A stretch of DNA of 45,147 nt from NCBI GenBank assembly GCA_000320545.1, contig ADNK01002100.1, positions 1-45,147 of the forward strand. Direction: 5' to 3'. The notes under the pieces are model-generated. The model made no database searches. It worked only from the letters and a program-made list of their open reading frames with translations, and had not been told where the DNA came from. Position numbers and translations under genes: made by a program. Position 1 is the first letter of the stretch. Each line of letters begins with the position of its first letter. This DNA is from Bigelowiella natans CCMP2755 (Eukaryota; Protista; Cercozoa). Positions 1 to 12,200 of this stretch are shown here, piece after piece.

Positions 1-2213
1 AAAAGAGTCATCATCATCATCATCATCATCATCATTTCATATTATACTATCACCATCTTCGCTAAAATACTTGCAGAAGGTCGTCGTGGACCCACTCACT
101 GTTTCCCCTCCACTCTTCTTCCCCTCCCCCAACCCCCCCCTTTCCCCTTCCTCACTTGAGTTTCAGCTTGACTTTCTCCTCCGCTCCCTATTATTTAAAG
201 AAATGGCAACACTCACGCACTCATGTAACATGGAAATAGAGCGGAAGAGAGAGAGAGAGAGAAAAGAACTATAGGTATTTTGACACCTTGGTTGTGTTGG
301 CAAGAGGGGCGGCAATAGACCAGCAGCCAATCTATGACGATGACGACGACGACGATGATGATGATGATGAGGATGGTGATGATAATGAGGATGATGATGA
401 TGAGGAGGATGATGATGAGGAGGATGATGATGACAAGAACAACGACAAAATGATGAGAGCATGGAAGATGTGGCACTCCTCCTCCTCCTCCTACTACAAC
501 TACAACTGCAACTACAGCGTGAGACAAGGGAAAAGATAACCAACAAGATGGCGGTCATGATTATGATGATGATGATGAATTAGTGGGTTGGGAACGATGG
601 AAGAAGTTAAAGAAAACATTGAGATACATTCACAACATTTGCTTTCACTAATGATTATGTTAGCACTTGTGCTTCTTCCTCATTCTCAAAGCTCTGTGCG
701 CCGTCAGATCCTAAACCAAATAAGCAAACGGGTAAGGGGAGGGAGGGGGGGAGCAAGAGTAATACGTAAGGACAGAATCATGATGGATAGAGACTGGAGA
801 GCAGAAGCTGAGAGAGAGAGAGGGGGTGGGGGGGGGGGGGGGGAAGCATCGTCATTCTGGCTTTCATTGTAGCCCACACTCACGACTACCAATAACCACC
901 CTCTTCTCTACCTCCTCCACCTCCTCTTGCTCCTCCTCATCACCGTCAATTATTATCATCATCATCATCATCATCATCATTGCTTCTTCTGGTTACTATC
1001 GTCATTATCACCGTTTCCGGAGTAAAATGCCGTTAGGTTGAATGGCCCTGTATCATCGTAATGCGTGAGAAAGGACGACGAAAGTGAACGAAGAGGGGAA
1101 GGGGGGCAAAAATCAATATCGAGTTTGAGGGCAGGGGTTAGGAGGGGGAAGGAAGGGTGGGGGGGTGCAAAAATTTCGTTCTTGGGCAATATGTACGTCG
1201 CAGCACTGCAATCTTGCGGTTTCTATTTCCAGAATGCCATTTGTCATGTGAGTGCGTGTGTTGTTGTTGTTATTGGTGTTATTGTTGTTGTTCGTTGTGT
1301 TCTCAAGCAGCATCTCACTACCATCGCTACTACTACTAGTAGTAGGAGCCAGTAACATATAACACCCCCTCACCTGTGTTGTTGTACGTGAGCATCTTTC
1401 CTACAGGGAGACTCTTATCTTTGGAATTGGGAGAGAATACCTATAATACGGTATAGGTAAAGGTGAGGGGGAGGAGGAGGAATGAGGGGAAAGGCAAATA
1501 CAACAATTTTCACAGCGACTTACGGCTGCATGCTAAGAGCGACGATGGTGATTAGGAGGTGCCTACTACTACTTAACACTACTGCTACTGCTTCTTGTAG
1601 CACTACTATCACTACTACTATTAGTACTGGTATGGCTCTTCCTTGCGTCTTGATAAAGGACACTGGACGGTGAGGCAAGTCATTAACCTACAGCAGCAGC
1701 AGCAGCAGCAGCAAGCAACATTGAACAAGAAGAAGAAGAAGAAGAAGAAGAAGAAGAAGAAGAACCATCAGATGAGGAGGAGGAGGAGGAACAAAGCGGC
1801 ATCATATTTCTAAAGTAGAGTAATAGTAGTAGTAGTAGTAGTAGTAGTAGTTGTGGTGGCGGTGGTAGTGGTAGTACATCAAAGAGACATAAAGAAGAAT
1901 AAGAATAAGAGGAGATAGAAACAGAAGAATGACTATCATACTACTACCACAACCACCATCACCATCATCAACTTGATCATTAACCTCAGTGTCATCAAGA
2001 AGATAAGAAAGCAACACCAAACTACTCCCACCCCCAACCTCTTATTACTACTGCTACTACTACTACCACTACTACTACTACTACCCCAAATTCTCGCACA
2101 CGAATGCGGGGTGTTAAGCGTGCGGCCTGATGAAGGAAAAACGATTAGAAGCAAATTACCCTTCTAAAAGTCATCAAACAAAATGCAATAACTAACGATA
2201 TATAAATATATAT

Positions 2214-2267
<54 letters not shown>

Positions 2268-2546
2268 TCTCTTTCCCTCCCTCCCTCTCTCTATAAATGT
2301 GTTTGTTGTGTAGTACATATGAATACCTGCAATGCCGCCCCATTAGACGTGCACTCGTCCTGAACTAAGCTGCGGGACATCTACAGCACACGGTTATCAA
2401 TAGATGATATGAGATATATTACACACATATACACGTATGTGTAGTATCATGATCGGGTACAGTACCTGCTTTCCAAAGAACTTCTCTACAGCTTCGAGGA
2501 TGGGCTTTGGACGTGTCCCTATGAATACATATATGTATGAATCTGT

Positions 2547-2581
<35 letters not shown>

Positions 2582-2716
2582 ACGCCAATGGGACAAAATC
2601 CCTCCTCCTCCTCCTCCTCCTCCTCCTCCTCCTCCTCCTCTTGCTGCTGCTGCTACTACTAATTATCATCTTCTCGAAAACAGCCAACTGTTTGCAGCAG
2701 TAGCAGTAGTAGTCGC

Positions 2717-2750
<34 letters not shown>

Positions 2751-2930
2751 TCAGCACCACACGCACCTCCCCCAACAGCTTCAATTGACGACACGGTGCT
2801 AAGGAAACGCCAACGTTTGGTAACAAGAATGAATATGATATCAAGAAAAGAAGCAATGAGACCTATCACCACCACCAATACCACCACCTTCATTGCGAGG
2901 GCTACATGGCGTGTATGTATGATTCAAAGG

Positions 2931-2970
<40 letters not shown>

Positions 2971-3567
2971 TTACTCTTGCTTGCCTTCGAGGCCCGACCG
3001 TTGCAATGCCCGAGAGATCTGATGATACAACAACAACAACAACAACAGAACAACACGCCACGCACGCACAAAGACAAACGCATACAACAGAGCACATAGT
3101 TTGAGCATGTTAGTGATCTTCACTTGAAAAGAGGAGGAAAGGAGTGGAGAGAGGGAGGGAGGGAGGGAGGGAGGGAGAGAGAGAGAAAATCATTGATTGT
3201 TTGATGATTGGACTATTCTGTTGTGTGTATTATTATTATCATTTTCATGTTGTTGCAATCTCTCACAAGGTCCTGCAGGCGACCAACAAACGGTGCACAG
3301 ATGTTCTCAAAATCCTGAGGGAAAGAAGAAGGGAGGAGGAGGAGGAGGAGGAGCATACGAAGGGAGAAGGGGGTGGGAAGGAGAAGAGATATGTATAATG
3401 CTCCTACGAAGTGGGAGGGAGGGAGGGAGGGAGGGAGGGAGGAGGGGGCTAGCTACCTCTTTACGAATGTCGCCCTTCACGTCAATACCGTCCATGAAAA
3501 ATCGATCTTAACCTAAATGTTGTTGGTGATATTGAAAGGAGGATGTGTGTATGTGCGTGCTTGTGCT

Positions 3568-3599
<32 letters not shown>

Positions 3600-5916
3600 C
3601 CCCCATGCTTCTACCTGCGCCATCGTAGTTCCGCTGCTCAGTGTCTGATAATGCCAATCACAAGAAGAGGAAGAAGAAGAAGACGACGACGAGGAGGAGG
3701 AGGAGGAGCACGGCAACAAGGAGAAGCAGTTGGTGACGATGATGCATGAGCGGCACACGGGTGATACAGTACAAGTCATGAAAGAAAGAAGAACAAGTCG
3801 CTCTTTAAGGTGAGCCCTTCTCTATTATCATCACCACCACCAGCAACAGCAGCAGCACTGTAACCATCACAAAGGGAATGATACTACCATCAACATCATC
3901 ATTGGTTGAGCTTCACATCCTGCTCGTCATCTATCATCATCCTAATTCCCCCTTATGGTGAAAACACAGGACCTTCTTCGCCTTCTCACACGCGTTCTTG
4001 AGCTTACCAGTAGCTTTAGCCGACATTTTATAGTCGCAGCAAAACTGAATCAGAGAGGGGGGAGGGAGGGAGAAAGAACCAAATTTTATCCCTCGTAGTA
4101 GTATTAGTGTTAATATTAGAGATTTAATAATAGTAGGAGGAGGAGGAGGAGGAGAGCGCTTTCTCATCATATAACACAACTGACCTTCTTCTTAAATTCT
4201 GCTCCAAATCTCTCCACCAAGATACTGAGGAGGGGGGGAGGAGGAAGAAGAAATATAATAAGAGAGGGAGAAAGAAACGATTGCACTACGGCGTGTGTCG
4301 CTCTTGAGCATAATTCCAGTCACGACAGAAGGATTATTGCATCTCACAAGGTTGATGATGAAGAAGGAGAAGAGAAAGAAGAAGAGGAGGGGGAGGAGGA
4401 GCGCTGTATCATAGAGTCCGAATCACAAATATGTCTCGTATGGTTAACTCAAATGCTAATGCTGCTACTACGAAATATCCAACAAAAAGCAAATGCTGTG
4501 TGAGTCGTTCTGTCGCGCACTACTTGTCTAGGTCCCTCCCCCCCAGGTTCGGATCAGTCGCAATTCCACGCACTCGCATCTCAGTCTGGAGGAGGGGGGA
4601 AGAGGAAGACGACGAAGAAGAAGAATAGTAAGCGCATAATTTTCTCTCTATTCATCCACCATGAGTCTTCTCTCCTCTTCTTCAACAATAGCATAACCTA
4701 CGGCGACGAAAGACGCTACTATTCTCCTTCTACTCACAAACACTTCTCTACTACTGCTGCTGCTGCTGGCTCACGTACTTGGGTGAAATCTACGAAGTAC
4801 ACAGAAGTGGCAGAGTGGCCGATGTCAATAAAACCGACGGTCACAGGCTTTTCCTACGAATAAGTGCAAATATCAGTTGTCGTTGTTGTTGTTGTTGATG
4901 ATGATGATGGTGACGATGATGAGGGAATAATGATGATGAGCAGCATCAATCATTCTTTTATTTATTCACTGAGAAACAAAGTAACAAGGCAGTGACAGCC
5001 ACGACGGTTTTTACTACTACCTTAGGAAGATCCCCAGCTCGCAAAATACCTGTTATTGTTGTTTTTGTTGTTGTTGGGTGTTATTTCCATCACCATTAGC
5101 AACATAAATATAATTAGCAAACAGCAGCAACAGCAACAACGGCAACAACAGTGTTAGCGAAGAAAGAAAGAGGGGGGGGAAAAGGAAAGATGCTTCTTCG
5201 TTTGTCATACTGCAATCATATCGGTGCGAAATAGTGTTTCAATGCAAATTGACTAAAAATCCCAACAGACAGTCATTGTGCATCTTCATCATCGTAGTCT
5301 ATATCACAAACGATGTGCTTCTTTAATCATCGTCATCAACAATAACATTACCGTAGGCTAGAGAGGTAGCTGCGTGCTCAGATATCAGTTGCAACAACTT
5401 GATTCCTAAGAAGCAGAAAAGGCCAATATAAACCAATACCCACCACCACCATCATCATCGTCGTCGCTATCATTATCATCTTCATCAGAAATAGAGCAGC
5501 AGCAGCAGCAGCAGAATAAAAAGAAGAAGAAGAAGAAGAAGAAGAAGAAGAAGATATACACGGGAAAGGAGAAGCAAGTAGTACCTGTTTGTTGACTATG
5601 ATAAGAATATTAAATAACACACATATATGCACTCTTCCGACACACACACACACACACACACACACAAAGGCTCGCATTTGAAATCATCGTACATCATCAT
5701 CATCATCATCATCATATTGTTACTATTACCAGCGATTTCAGCGGCATCTATCATGGCTCTTCTCTGCCTTTCTGTGAAATAGTCTGGAACCGTCACCACA
5801 GCCTCCTGCGAGGTTCAACAATAGTAGTGATAACAATCGGCTCATTCCATAAACAACGACACACAATTAGTATAGCTTCTGCTGCCACATGTTTTGCAAA
5901 GATAGCGTTTCGCAAG

Positions 5917-5951
<35 letters not shown>

Positions 5952-6211
5952 CAATACCGTAACCATCTCTGCGTTATTCTCGCCGACATTCATCGTGGCA
6001 ATACTCTGCATCTTCTTGAGCTAATTTGTGTAGAGTGATAGGAGGAAGAAAGAAAGTACAGCGACATCAGGAGGAATGTTTAGTTGTTTCCACGGAGAGG
6101 AAAGATAAGAAGAACAAGAACAAGAACAAGAAGAAGAGGAGATGCATGATTGAGGATGATGACTTTGTTGAAATATTTGAATCTTTCCCTTCCCATCCCC
6201 TCTCTCTGTCG

Positions 6212-6256
<45 letters not shown>

Positions 6257-6642
6257 ATATGATGCTGGGCACATGCATCCCCATCATCATCACCACCACG
6301 TGAGTTCTATGGTATGCTCATCATGGACGACAAGCAGCAACGAATGATCATTATTAAAAATACAAGCAATGAATGATCATTATTATAAATATACCAGCAT
6401 CGCCATTACGGACACCATTGACACTTTGCGAGTCTCCTGGCCATACCTTACCACCGCTGATGGATGGTAATTATTGATGACGATAATGATGAAAACAATG
6501 ATTTACGATGGGTCAAATATCGGTCGTTGTCGTTTTTTCTCTCTTTCTCTCTCTCTCTCTATAAGCACTCGTCATTGATTGCTAGGATTCTTCTTGTGAA
6601 TCTCTTTCTCTTAACAACACACACACACACACACACACACAC

Positions 6643-6690
<48 letters not shown>

Positions 6691-6747
6691 CATACCTGCT
6701 GGTTCTCCCCTTTCATCCTTCTCCAATTTTGTGTTGACTGGTGATAT

Positions 6748-6779
<32 letters not shown>

Positions 6780-7030
6780 AAGAGATGGAGAATGAATGGA
6801 AAGAAGGAACATGACAAACGTTACAGCACAAAAAGCCTCTGAGGGATGGCAAGATAATGAATGTCTTCTAGTTAAGATATAGTAGGGGTTGGATTATTTG
6901 TTCCAAAATCGTTCTTGGTGTTACAAATAACTTCAAGATACTCTATTTTCACTCAAGAAAAATCGTCTAAAAAAGACTGAAAAGCACACTTTCATCAACT
7001 GCTCCTAGATAAAGCATGCTAAGGAGGGCG

Positions 7031-7067
<37 letters not shown>

Positions 7068-8266
7068 CCTAGATTGGCTTCCTTCTGCACTATTTCATCC
7101 TCAAATTTCCGACCAATGAAACGCTTCATCCCGAAAATCGCGTTCCTTCATACCGATTATATCTATCAGAAATGGTCAACGTAATGCGACGGGTGTGCTA
7201 CTAGTGGGGGGGGGGGGGTGTTCGTGTATATACGGGATTGTCTCTACGAGAAACAATACATATCAAAGAACACATGTACACACTACGACGATGACGACGA
7301 CTACTACTCCTCCTACTACTACTTGGACGCTTCTGAAAGCATAGGACTCGCAACTGCTCTGGACTCAAAAGTGCTGCCTGTAAAAGATGATCGGCCATAT
7401 TACATATTACGGGAATTATGTTCGACTTTCATCATCAACAACAACAACGTCATCATCATCATCATCATCATCATCATGGCAGTATCGTCGTATCCGCCAC
7501 ACAAACCAACACAACGAACACAACATCAAGAGCGCCGTGTATGCATATCATCACCCTTATAACTATCAATTTGGCATCATAAACACTACAAACCTTCAAA
7601 GGCTACAATTGTGGGTGATAGGCGCTTAGATGCCTCTGTTAAGCATGTATCCACTCCCGCTCCTACACGGCACAAATGTAAGATGGTACGGAGGAGGAGT
7701 AGGGGGGGGGGGGGGGGGGGGATAGAAAGGAGCAGTAGGTACAGAGGCTATACTAACAGATATCCACGCAAAGATATACAACAAGTGATTGATGAATATG
7801 TCTGAATGAAACCTGAAATGATGGAAACGCGTGTGTTCTGGTTGCCGATGTCAATTCCCATCACAGACTGTCTGCCCCCCCTCAGCCGCCATAAATTCGA
7901 TGCTCTCTTGGGGGATATGTATGAAGTAGGAGGATGGGATGTTAATGGTGCCGAATGCAGCAAATGGCCTGAATGTACACCCCCTGCTGTTGCTACCACA
8001 AGGAGGAGCGCAGCGATGGCGAGGACCATGGTGAAGAAGGTAAGGGGCAACCCTTTTCTCGTCTCGCGCCGAAGAAGGGGCTCATTCTCTCGTTGACCTT
8101 CTAAGAAGATACTCCCTGAATACGGAAAGGCATGCGAGCGGGGGGCTTCTAAGAGGGACCAAGCAGCTAGTCGTCCTTCCTGCTCTCCGAGGGGGATACC
8201 CAAAGGTCGTTGTTCACCTGGTGGGGGCACATCCTCCTGCCGTCCAGGCTGCTGAACCGTCTCCAT
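1..8266 (-). CDS. HSP110: Hsp70-superfamily chaperone of the Hsp110/SSE type; >20 short exons; N-terminal signal + transit-like presequence; 3' end unresolved, probably at or beyond the window start
   Basis: Exon peptides read on the minus strand: SVMGIDIGNQNTRVSII (~7813-7870), GVDTCLTEASKRLSPTIVAFE (~7593-7662), NAIFGMKRFIGRKFEDEIVQKE (~7075-7145), VVTVPDYFTERQRRAMIDAAEIAG (~5729-5805), EKPVTVGFIDIGHS (~4775-4853), NLGGRDLDK (~4520-4550), KLKNACEKAKK (~3975-4010), SIEAVGGG (~2765-2790), DECTSNGAALQ (~2327-2360). GT-AG junctions were seen where checked. The start could be 8266 or the Met at ~8029 (MVLAIAALLL). Confidence 0.9.
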
Positions 8267-8659
8267 ATGATACTGGATGCGGAATGCAATTCTTCAAAGA
8301 ATCGAGGCAGCAGTGAATTGGTGAGAGTCGGGCGAATGGCTCGAGAGGGGGCCGGGCTGCTATGTGAGAAGCGTTCCGAAGCGGCTGCAACCAACTTATT
8401 GCGCACTTTTGCCAACACGGAACGCCGGGGATTTCAACGCAATTTCCAACATAAAACGCCGGGGATTTTGATAGAGTCGGTCTTCACCGGGACCCAGGAC
8501 TTCCCGAATTATACTTTTCTCGGAGTTGGATCCCGAAACATATCTGGAGGAGGAGGAGCACTCCCATCACTGCCGTTACTACCGGTACAAATGAGATCTT
8601 TTGGACTTCCTTGGATTTGCTTCCAACAAAGGAAGCAGCTTTTCGCCTTTGTGACAAGT

Positions 8660-8900
8660 GAACAATGCTGTGACATGATGAACAATGATGACAAACTGCA
8701 TTTCTGAAGTGTTGCAAGACACTTGCAGCATGCGAAACGCAGTGCCTCGAACTGACTTGTGAATGCTGATGGTGCGATGAGAACAATGAGAACAATGATG
8801 AAAAACTGCATTTCCAAAGTGTGACAAGACACTTGCAATGTGCGAAATGCAGTCTGGCAGTGCCTCGAACTGGCTTCAGTGAGGACTGACTAGCAAACTA
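8660..8900 (+). repeat. Two tandem ~110-bp copies of a dispersed repeat; a third copy lies at ~29065-29185
   Basis: Core aactgcatttc..aagtgt..caagacacttgca...tgcgaaa.gcagtgcctcgaac occurs at ~8694-8753, ~8804-8871 and ~29097-29155. The (aatgaac)n tract at ~9043-9072 is shared with ~29066-29084. Confidence 0.85.
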
Positions 8901-9238
8901 GCGGGGTTCATGCAAATTGGCACAAACTAAACATCAAATGCATCACAACTAGCAGCCTAATGACGACGACGCAAAGCATCCATCCTGAGCAGGAACTTCC
9001 TGACAGCCACGTCCACACGGAAATCGACGTCGGGGCGGGGGCAATGAACAATGAACAATGAACAATGAACAAAGCGTTGATCAAAAACTACATGCGCCAG
9101 AACCACATGGGAGACAGGCATTTGCACGCAGCAGAGCCTCAACAACACTCGTTGCAAGGACTAGTCATGAACAGAAGGTTTTTTTTGTCTAGTCCGTTTT
9201 GAACCGTTTTCCGTCATTGTGCGTGTCGCAACATCAGA

Positions 9239-12200
9239 ATGGACGCTTTTCTCGAGTTTTCACATCTCACTGCTCCAAGACGAGGATTGCAAGCCATCAT
9301 GGTGAAAGATTGTGAGGGGGGGAGAGGAGAATGCACGTGTATGTGTGTGTGTGGTGTGCATGTTTTGTGTCTAGCTTTGGAATTACTGTCGCTCTAAGCA
9401 AACATTAACCCTATCCTTATCCTAATCCTACCCAAATCATAGGCTGAAGTATCAGAATACAAGGAAGAGATATCTAGGCTGAAAAAGGTCCTGACCCTAA
9501 AGCTAAAACCAGCTCTCTAACCTTAACAACTATCTCGCATTCCTGAGTTTTCTCGTCACCACAAGACAATGCACTTTCGAACTTAGGAGTTGAAAAGGGT
9601 TAGGGCCGAACTCGACGCTTTTAAAGCTGCCAAAGTGCACGAGCCCGATGTATCACAATACGTTCAAACTGATAATTATGATAACGATGAACTTGGATCT
9701 TTCAACGATGAAGATGATGACAAAGAAAACGAACATGATGGATATGTGACATATCACAGAGGTAATGACAATAATGATGATGATGATAATGTGGTGGTGG
9801 TGGTGGAGGTTATAAAGATGATTGTTATTTGAAAATACACAGAAGAACTTTATTGCAATTATTTTGCTGACGGTGGTCCAGTTGAAACAAAACAAAAGAA
9901 TGATAAATTCATATTCCATGCAAACGACATCAAGATGGAAAAGGTGATGTGTGATGTAGATGTCTAATGTATAATGCACGATGTATCTTGTATGCCGTGT
10001 GATGAACGATGATGAGTTATGATGATAAATCGAGTAGGTGCTCGGGTCCGGTAACTTTGCTACCACATCTGTTGGCATCATCAAAGCCACTAATGAGAAG
10101 ATCGCTGTAAAGAACCTGAAGGATGGGGTCGACATGAACGACTATAAAATCGAGATGCGAAATCTGCTCAACGTTGGAGATCATCCAAATGTATGATGAT
10201 GATGATGATGATGATTGTAATGATATAATGATTTTGCACATGATTTGTGATACCATTCGATAATTGTATGACACAGGTGATGAAGTTCGCAGACATGATA
10301 ATAATGATGATTATGGGGATTTGTAATATTAACCAACCCAATAACAAAACCGAAAATTTGTGCCACAGGTAATGAAGTTTATAGGCATCATGCCTTTAGA
10401 TGGAAGCCAGTGTTTTCTTACAGAGTTCTGTGAGCTTGGTAGTCTCGATCAGATGCATAGCGAGTACAACCTCCGCGATAAGAAAATATTCTTCAGGATA
10501 GCACGAGGGTCATCACCATTATCGTTATCATCAACATCATCGTCATCGTCATGATCATCGTCATCGCCATCATCGTCGTTGTTGTCGCCATCATCGTCAT
10601 CATCATCATCATCGTTATCATCGTTATCATCCCCGTCATCGTTACCATCATCATTTCGCCATCATCATCATCATCATCATCATCTTAATCAGGCTCTTCT
10701 GTGGAGTAGGCCATCTTCACGCCAACAACATGGTACAACACACGCGCGCGCGCGGCTAGCCAGTCATCCATCATCGTTTATCATGATCATCAATTACCAT
10801 CCTCCACTATCATCCATCATCATTTACCATCATCATTTACCATCATCATCATCATCATCATCATTTACGTGATCTACTATCACCTATCATCATCCATCAG
10901 ATCCATCGTGACATCGCATGCAGAAACATTCTTGTCCGCAAGGGCTTCGACATCGTGATCTCCGACTTCGGGCTCACCGTCTCCGCCCCTTGCGATGAAT
11001 ATCGCGCTCGGTCCAACGAGATGATCCCCTGGCCATGGATGCCCCCCGAGGCGCTGAAAACTGGAGTCTTCCGCAGCTCCTCCGACGTGTGGGCCGTGGG
11101 GGTGACACTTTGGGAGCTTTTAATGAAAGGCAAGAGGCCATATTCTGACTCAAAAGGAAAATTCTGTACATACAAAGACGTCAAAGATGCTATTATAGCG
11201 AGAAAGCTGACCTTAGAGACACCTCCGCCTTCGTATGAATGGTCGCGTGATATTCTAGATTGCTGCTTCCATCCCAAACCAGAGGGCAGGCCAAGGTTGT
11301 CGAGAGAAACATGGCTGGACTTTGTTGCTGCCCAGGACGGAGCAGAAAGTTGGGGGTTATTTACGGACAAGGAAGTTGAAAGCAGGTGTGTAAAATTAAT
11401 ACTAATGTGCATGCGTAACAATGTGCATCATGACATAATCAATAAATTATGTGTATGTGTGATGGTGTGCATACTATTCACAATGCTTATCATTATTTTC
11501 ATCACCGTTAGCATCATCAACCTTTGTAGCAGCAGTAGCCGCATATCATCATTATCATCCTTATCATCATCATCATCATTATCAGGTTTGCACAGGCACT
11601 TGAGATTGTGGAGCAGGTTATTTCTCTGCACAAATACTTTGCGCAGAGAAAAATGACGTGTGCTCATGTTATTCAAGCATAGGCACACACACCGACACAC
11701 ACCCACACTCTATTATGATGCTGACGAAGAATGTCCAATACGTAAATAATCGTTCCATATTTTTCCATTATTCATTCAGGAATCCGTAACACTGAATCCT
11801 TAACTACTCTTTACAATCACATGCAGAAATCTGACGATCTCAAGGCCGAAGATACAAAACTCTCGAACGTTTCTTCAAAAATCAGCGCCTTAAAAATACG
11901 GATAAGCAAGTGGAGGAAGTCCAGTTTGAATATGATTAAATCATACGCCAGACCTCCCAAGCCACTAAAGCTGGTTTTCGAAGCAATTTGCATTGTTCTA
12001 GGTCAGTCGCCAAAATCGTCAGCATCACCATCACCATCATCATCATCATCATTAGGTATTGAACCTACATGGAAAGCAGCCCAATTGAAACTTAAATTTG
12101 GTGATCGCTTCAAGAGCGAACTGGTTTCATATGACATAGACAAAATATCTCCCAATATCATCAAGGCTTTAAGACCTTATGTGGAGGGAGAAGACGGCAA

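Noticed and set aside
71-7805. Dozens of 60-180 aa ORFs with poly-H/D/I/S/V/L/P tracts
   Set aside because: They are translations of intronic microsatellites; the real coding signal is short minus-strand Hsp110 exons.
8420-8468. Direct repeat aacgccggggattt x2 upstream of Hsp110 as a regulatory element
   Set aside because: The repeat is real, but it does not match a heat-shock element and nothing supports a function.
8660-8900. CRISPR-like array (also considered for 29723-30180)
   Set aside because: Units are long degenerate tandem duplications without unique spacers; eukaryotic context with no cas genes.
9405-9525. Telomere-like CCCTAA variants (also ~13160-13200)
   Set aside because: Too degenerate and intronic; treated as low-complexity sequence rather than an interstitial telomere.
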